Sequence record: MF547663.1
Direction: 5' to 3' (one strand)
Length of the DNA: 64,000 nt
From: Clostridioides phage LIBA2945
Part shown: positions 59,410-64,000 of the stretch, one piece after another
Numbering within the stretch: the stretch's first letter is position 1
Layout: every line of letters starts with the position of its first letter
Program-made: the position numbers and the translations under genes
Notes under the pieces: model-generated
What the model was told of the DNA's origin: nothing
Database searches by the model: none
Seen by the model: only the letters and a program-made list of their open reading frames with translations

Positions 59410-60354
59410 ATGAAAAAAGAAAAAGTAAAAGTTGCAGTAGACTTAGGTAATAGTATGCTTAATTCAGCAGCATATATTGAAAAAGAATTAATTTTAAAAA
59501 AGTTACCAAATAAACTTCAATTTGAAAAAACAATATCACCAAAAGCACGTGTTATGAAAAAAGATGGTAAGGTAATCTACCTAGGTGTAGGAGATTTAAA
59601 TAATAATGTTCTTAAACATACTAGAAAAAATTTATTAGAACAAGTTTTAGTCATGATTCATGAAATATTTCCTGATGAGGATAATCTTTCTGTGGAATTG
59701 ATAACCGGATTACCACCAACTCAAATGTTTAATGAAAAATATTTGAAATTATTTCAAGATATTTTTATTCAACCTGGAGAAATAAAAATTACTATTGATG
59801 GAAAACAAAAAACTTTTGAAATACTTAATGTTGATGTTAAAGCAGAAGGATATTCAGGATTTATTTCACTTGTAGACAAGATTACTACTAAACAGAATAT
59901 TCTAGGAATAGATGTTGGAGGCAGTACTACAGATTTATGTAATTATGAATATGATTATGAGGATGATATGTACTATCCTAATGTAACAGACACTATAGAA
60001 AAAGGAATCATAGACTTTGAAACAGCAATAGCAAATAAATTTAATAGTAAAAATGGTGCAGATATAAAAATAAGTCAAATAGATGTAATATTAAGAAACG
60101 ATATTGATGTTATAGAGTATGAGGGTTCTAAATACAAATTAGATGATTATATTGATGCCATGTACCCTATTATTGATGATATGATTAATAAAATCACTAA
60201 TAAATTTGGTCAGCTAGATGGATATTATGTTGTTGGTATTGGAGGGGGCTATAAAACATTTAATAAATATGCTAATCAATTTATAAGTAAACAACTAGAA
60301 GTCGATGATGATTCTCGTTTCTATGCAAATGTAATTGGATACCTTGAACAATAA
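59410..60354 (+). CDS. parM: ParM/StbA-family actin-like segregation ATPase
   Basis: KVAVDLGNSMLNSAAY (phosphate 1), GIDVGGSTTDLC (phosphate 2) and VVGIGGGYK (adenosine motif); AGGGGGA SD. Confidence 0.75.
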   Translation: MKKEKVKVAVDLGNSMLNSAAYIEKELILKKLPNKLQFEKTISPKARVMKKDGKVIYLGVGDLNNNVLKHTRKNLLEQVLVMIHEIFPDEDNLSVELITGLPPTQMFNEKYLKLFQDIFIQPGEIKITIDGKQKTFEILNVDVKAEGYSGFISLVDKITTKQNILGIDVGGSTTDLCNYEYDYEDDMYYPNVTDTIEKGIIDFETAIANKFNSKNGADIKISQIDVILRNDIDVIEYEGSKYKLDDYIDAMYPIIDDMINKITNKFGQLDGYYVVGIGGGYKTFNKYANQFISKQLEVDDDSRFYANVIGYLEQ

Positions 60355-60480
60355 TACTAAAAATATTTAATGAGAGCCATTTTAAGACAGTTCCATGCCC
60401 GTCCATGATAATTAATTCATATTCAGAAATAAAATCGTTTAGAATAGATTTTAAAGGTCACTAATTTAGTGACCTTTTTA

Positions 60481-61107
60481 TTATTTCTTTTGTTGTTTTT
60501 TTATTATCTCTCTCATCTTACTCGCACCTGATGCAATTTCTTTTTCAGACATAGAATATATTTCTAATTCAGTAAATCCATTTTCTTTTAGTACTTGTAT
60601 ATCTTTTTCTTTTTGTGTTATAATATTATTATCATTAATTGAATTTAAAGTTTTTCGTTTCGAGTCATCTGTTGAAGCTGCTACTTCATCAGGTGACTTT
60701 TTACTTTTCTTCTTTTCCCTTTTCGTCTTCATGTAACTCTCTGCATTTTCTCGAATTTTTGACTTAGACATTGCAATTTCATACACGTTATTTCCATATA
60801 AATTATTTTCATTTTGGATTCTATAAACCTTAATAAATCCATTTTCCTTTAAGACCTCAACATATTTTATAAAAGCATTTTTACTTATGTTCAACTCTCC
60901 ATAGATTGTTTCCATTCTTGGATGACAGTATTTTTTATTACCTGCGAAACTAGCCAGATAAGCGTAAATAGCTTTTGAGTAAATAGGTATGTCCTTATTT
61001 CTCATAAGAAATTTTGGAGATATACCATAACCATCCGAAAGAATACTATCTTCCTCTAGTCTAACATCTAAAACCTCACCATCTTTAATTTTTATTATAT
61101 TATTCAT
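60481..61107 (-). CDS. RepA_N-like replication initiator or replisome organiser (winged helix)
   Basis: IYSKAIYAYLASFAGNKKYCHPRMETIYGELNISKNAFIKYVEVLKENGFIKV; basic C-terminus. Confidence 0.5.
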   Translation of the reverse strand: MNNIIKIKDGEVLDVRLEEDSILSDGYGISPKFLMRNKDIPIYSKAIYAYLASFAGNKKYCHPRMETIYGELNISKNAFIKYVEVLKENGFIKVYRIQNENNLYGNNVYEIAMSKSKIRENAESYMKTKREKKKSKKSPDEVAASTDDSKRKTLNSINDNNIITQKEKDIQVLKENGFTELEIYSMSEKEIASGASKMREIIKKQQKK

Positions 61108-61116
61108 AAGTTACTC

Positions 61117-61356
61117 CTAGTACAATTTGTATTCATATACAAATATTCCATTTTCAAATTTTTTATTAACTTCAAGATAGCCCTTGTCTTTCAATTCGTT
61201 CCATGCCATTCTAAACGAATATGCTCCCAAATCTAAATAGTCCATCAAAAATTGTTTAGAGAAGTAAGGTTCGTTTTTAAATGCTGAGATAGTTCCATAA
61301 AGACCTTTAGCTTTTAAGCTAATACTTTTACTTTTGAATATATCTTCTTTTACCAT
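61117..61356 (-). CDS. RepA_N-like winged-helix protein (short paralog)
   Basis: SLKAKGLYGTISAF..AYSFRMAWNELKDKGYLEV. Confidence 0.45.
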   Translation of the reverse strand: MVKEDIFKSKSISLKAKGLYGTISAFKNEPYFSKQFLMDYLDLGAYSFRMAWNELKDKGYLEVNKKFENGIFVYEYKLY

Positions 61357-61489
61357 AGTCTAATTTTTACACCCTCCTATTTTTTTTATTTTAAACTTAT
61401 TATAATTTATAATTCCCATTTTTTCAAGGTAATTTTTCCCTTTACATAAACAAATAAATACAAAAACAAATATATTAAAAACTGTTTAT

Positions 61490-61640
61490 ATTAATATACC
61501 ATCTCATGGTACGCCCATAGCATGGGATATCGAAAAATTCGATGTACCACGAGATGGTACATCGAAAGAATCGCTATATTTCAACGTTTTTTCGATTTTT
61601 GCCTCGATATACCACGAGATGGTACATCGAAAAATTAAAG
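61490..61640. repeat. ori-like cluster of GC-richer inverted and direct repeats
   Basis: TACCATCTCATGGTA (61497..61511); CCCATagcATGGG (61513..61525); two copies of TTCGATgTACC-ACGAGAT-GGTACATCGAA (61538..61566 and 61604..61634); ATCGA pentamer recurs. Confidence 0.55.
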
Positions 61641-61710
61641 TATCTGAAACAATTTAAAAATTATATAGTTATGCACAGATAAAAATACAAATTGTTAATA
61701 AAATTGCAAC

Positions 61711-61752
61711 TTATCAACATGTTATCAACAACTTACTAACAGCTTATCAACA
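61711..61752 (+). promoter_or_regulatory. four 11-bp-spaced DnaA-box-like 9-mers (TTATCAACA x3, TTACTAACA x1)
   Basis: copies at 61711, 61722, 61733 and 61744; one mismatch from the DnaA-box consensus TTATCCACA. Confidence 0.5.
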
Positions 61753-61760
61753 GGGAATAA

Positions 61761-61808
61761 AACTGAATAAAATACTAAATTGACAAAAATAATATAAAAT
61801 GTTAATAT
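61761..61808 (+). promoter_or_regulatory. sigma-A-type promoter (TTGACA, 17 nt spacer, TAATAT) preceded by a conserved-motif copy AACTGAATAAAATAC
   Basis: TTGACA at 61780..61785, 17-nt spacer, TAATAT at 61803..61808; motif at 61761..61775. Confidence 0.5.
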
Positions 61809-61955
61809 ATAATTATAGATAAAATATTAAATTAATAGGAGGAAATTTATATATGAAAAACATTTAACAACTAAATAAAATTAAAAAACAAAATTGAAAC
61901 GGAGGTTAAAATATGAAGAAAAGTAAAGAATACAAAAAGATGAAAGGACTAGAAG

Positions 61956-62150
61956 ATGGTAAACAAAAATATAAAAATATTAAGAGAGGATTATAGTGAA
62001 TTTTTAGATGACTGGAATATAATTGGAAAAAGAAATATATATAAATGTCCAGAATGTCAATATCATGGGAATAAATGTGACAGACATAATAATAGTGAGG
62101 GGGTAAGCTATGGCTTTGATAAGTGGCAATTTCAAAGGGAAAATAGATAA
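61956..62150 (+). CDS. hypothetical small Cys/His-containing protein (possibly the frameshifted N-terminal part of the next gene)
   Basis: CPECQYHGNKCDRH; overlaps the 62110 ORF by 41 nt in a different frame; a better-SD short ORF starts at 61913 in a third frame. Confidence 0.25.
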   Translation: MVNKNIKILREDYSEFLDDWNIIGKRNIYKCPECQYHGNKCDRHNNSEGVSYGFDKWQFQRENR

Positions 62151-63300
62151 TAAAAGTATTTGGGACTACATGCATAAATTAGACTATAAATTAGAAACAT
62201 TAGAAGAAAGAAAGAAATTTATTGATGAATTATTAAATCTAAAAAATATAGATGAGCTTAAATTCAGTGATGATGAATTTTGGCAAGAAGTATTCGATAA
62301 AGGAATATGCAAAGCTAATTTAAATACAACAGATGTATTATGGTCAGAAACCAATATAAGTCATTTCTTAGAAAAAGTAGGTACATATCTATTAGCAAAG
62401 GATGATAAAAAAGAAGAAAAAGAAAATATAAAAGTATATGACTCTTATTCAGAATTTAAAAGGAGTATGCAACAAGAGAAAAAAATGCGAAAACATGCAG
62501 AGGTGGTTGAATTTGATGTTGAAGACAATGAAAATTCAAATGGAAAACCAGTAAGAATACTAAAAAATCAGAAAAATTTTAAACTATCTCCAGATATAAA
62601 AATAAGTAAAAAAGATAGATTAAAATATTCTGAAATAGAAGATTATTATAAATATAAACAGTATTTATTAAACTTAAAAAATGATAAAGAGCATAGAGAA
62701 AATTTATCAAAAAGTATAAATTCAAATAATGTAAAATTAAGAATTAAAAAAGGCGGGGATATTTACAGGTTTGCAATCAAACAACTACCACTAGTTCAGG
62801 ATGATATGTTACAAGTCAAACTCCAAAAAGATAAAAACATAATTTGGAAAGCTCCATTAAAAGATAGTTGTAATGACATCAATATAGACTGTGATTTAAT
62901 AGATATGTTTGACCCAGTACATGTAAAAGCTCTATTACAAATTCCTTATAATGATAACTTAATAGATGAGATAGCATTAAGTAAACAAGACATATTAAAT
63001 AAAATAGAGTTAACTGATACACAAAAAATTATATTATCATTATGGGAAAAAGGTGTTACACAAAATGAAATAGCCAAGCAATTAGGTATAGCTCAAAAAA
63101 ATGTAAATTTACATATTGATAGAATAGTAAATAAGTTTATAGATAAGTATACTGAAATATATGAAGACGAATATTATTATGTTTATTTAGTAAAAGGAAA
63201 GTATAAAAAATGTAGCAAATGTGGAGAAATTAAACTAATACAAAGGTTTGATAAAAATGGGAAAAAGGGCTATCGTTCAAACTGTAAAAACTGCAACTAA
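62110..63300 (+). CDS. putative transcription regulator (C-terminal sigma-70 region-4/LuxR-type HTH plus a terminal zinc ribbon)
   Basis: LTDTQKIILSLWEKGVTQNEIAKQLGIAQKNVNLHIDRI, then CSKCGEIK..CKNCN; GAGGGGG SD. Confidence 0.4.
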   Translation: MALISGNFKGKIDNKSIWDYMHKLDYKLETLEERKKFIDELLNLKNIDELKFSDDEFWQEVFDKGICKANLNTTDVLWSETNISHFLEKVGTYLLAKDDKKEEKENIKVYDSYSEFKRSMQQEKKMRKHAEVVEFDVEDNENSNGKPVRILKNQKNFKLSPDIKISKKDRLKYSEIEDYYKYKQYLLNLKNDKEHRENLSKSINSNNVKLRIKKGGDIYRFAIKQLPLVQDDMLQVKLQKDKNIIWKAPLKDSCNDINIDCDLIDMFDPVHVKALLQIPYNDNLIDEIALSKQDILNKIELTDTQKIILSLWEKGVTQNEIAKQLGIAQKNVNLHIDRIVNKFIDKYTEIYEDEYYYVYLVKGKYKKCSKCGEIKLIQRFDKNGKKGYRSNCKNCN

Positions 63301-63411
63301 TGGGTGGGGAAAATAGGGTATAAAATCGGCTGGAAAAGACATTAATATATGTAGGGGTAATTAATACTACTACAAATAAATAAAATGTATAAAGTCGAGG
63401 AGAGATTGAAA

Positions 63412-63717
63412 ATGAGAAAAAATGAATATGTAAAATTATTTCAAGAGAAACTAAAGGAAGAAGGATTAGAACTAAAACAAAAAGAAGTAGATGTAGTATT
63501 AGATGCATTTAAAGAATTAGTTGTAGATATATTTAAATCAGGTGAAGACGCTACTATAGGTGGATTTCTAAAAATAGGAAGAAAAGAAATAGAAGCATGT
63601 GAAAAAACACATACTTTACCAGGAAAAGAAGGAGAAAAATATATTATACCAGCCAGTACTAAACCAACAGTTAAATTTATAAATTCTTTTGTAAAAGAAC
63701 ATATGATATTAAAATAG
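63412..63717 (+). CDS. HU/IHF-family DNA-binding protein
   Basis: DAFKELVVDIFKSGEDATIGGFLKIGRKEIEACEK..PGKEGEKYIIPASTKPTVKF follows the HU arm and PAS pattern; GAGGAGAG SD. Confidence 0.65.
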   Translation: MRKNEYVKLFQEKLKEEGLELKQKEVDVVLDAFKELVVDIFKSGEDATIGGFLKIGRKEIEACEKTHTLPGKEGEKYIIPASTKPTVKFINSFVKEHMILK

Positions 63718-63786
63718 TTAACAACTAAATAAAATATAAATATAAAATGGATAAGTCTTAATTGGACTTATCATTGTGGAGATATA

Positions 63787-63821
63787 GGAGATTGTTAATG
63801 GTTCGATTCCATTAATCTCCA
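63787..63821 (+). other. tRNA 3'-end-like minihelix (7-bp acceptor stem plus a GGTTCGATTCC T-arm); candidate att core or tRNA fragment
   Basis: GGAGATT-gtt-AATGG-TTCGATT-CCATT-AATCTCC-A; there is no room for D or anticodon arms. Confidence 0.4.
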
Positions 63822-63915
63822 TCTTTTAAGCAAAAAGAAAGCACATGTCGTGAGATAGCAGTAAGTCTTTCTTTTTCTTTTTATTAAGAAAGAGAGGATG
63901 ATATCATAGAAGAAA

Positions 63916-64000
63916 TAAATATAAAAGAAGTAAGCAAGATAATATGTGTTAGTGAAAATACGTTATATAAAGATTTTAAAAAATATGCTTCTAAATTAGA
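63916..64000 (+). CDS. HTH DNA-binding protein, N-terminal part (runs off window end), apparent ATA start
   Basis: AGAGAGGA SD 7 nt before ATA; (M)EEINIKEVSKIICVSENTLYKDFKKY has a helix-turn-helix pattern; no in-frame ATG. Confidence 0.3.

Noticed and set aside
61906-62175. Minus-strand 89-aa ORF at 61906..62175 and minus-strand ORF at 63230..63508
   Set aside because: They have low-complexity, Leu/Phe-rich sequences antisense to SD-supported plus-strand genes, so they are probably spurious.
63778-63835. A complete tRNA gene
   Set aside because: Only acceptor-stem and T-arm equivalents are present (about 35 to 44 nt). There are no D-arm or anticodon-arm sequences between the 5' acceptor strand and the T-stem.

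Overview
This window is a visibly AT-rich (Clostridium-like, low-GC) piece of a large temperate phage or phage-plasmid. Positions 1 to ~44,800 are almost entirely one minus-strand gene array. It carries anaerobic ribonucleotide reductase (NrdD/NrdG) and a replisome: DnaE-type polymerase, a DHH (RecJ-like) exonuclease, a TOPRIM primase and a DnaB helicase. It also carries a recombination module (ERF annealase, SSB with a DLPF tail, a Cas4-like nuclease), a divergent ThyX-like protein, a DGQHR/DndB-like protein, a DNA N6-adenine methyltransferase, a PcfJ-like protein and YopX. An RNA-repair gene set is scattered through the array (RtcB, PTH2, a KxDGxR ligase, Tpt1/KptA, a metallophosphoesterase), and the array ends with a tyrosine recombinase. 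An IS200/IS605 element (TnpA and TnpB plus a GC-richer omega-RNA region) sits at ~44.9 to 46.8 kb. Downstream are a ~66-bp tandem repeat array, an operon of three paralogous XRE regulators with a DUF2325-like protein, a lysogeny-type switch (CI-like repressor with three palindromic operators, flanked by two paralogous coiled-coil genes), and a ~1.7-kb non-coding stretch. A plasmid-type maintenance module follows: ParM actin-like ATPase, a small RHH protein, centromere-like repeats, two RepA_N-like genes, an ori-like inverted-repeat cluster and DnaA-box-like 11-bp tandem repeats. The window closes with an HU-like gene and a tRNA 3'-end-like minihelix. No capsid, tail, terminase or endolysin genes are present. 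A conserved motif (core AACTAAATAAAATAC) recurs just upstream of many genes, and three genes appear to begin at ATA codons placed at Shine-Dalgarno distance.
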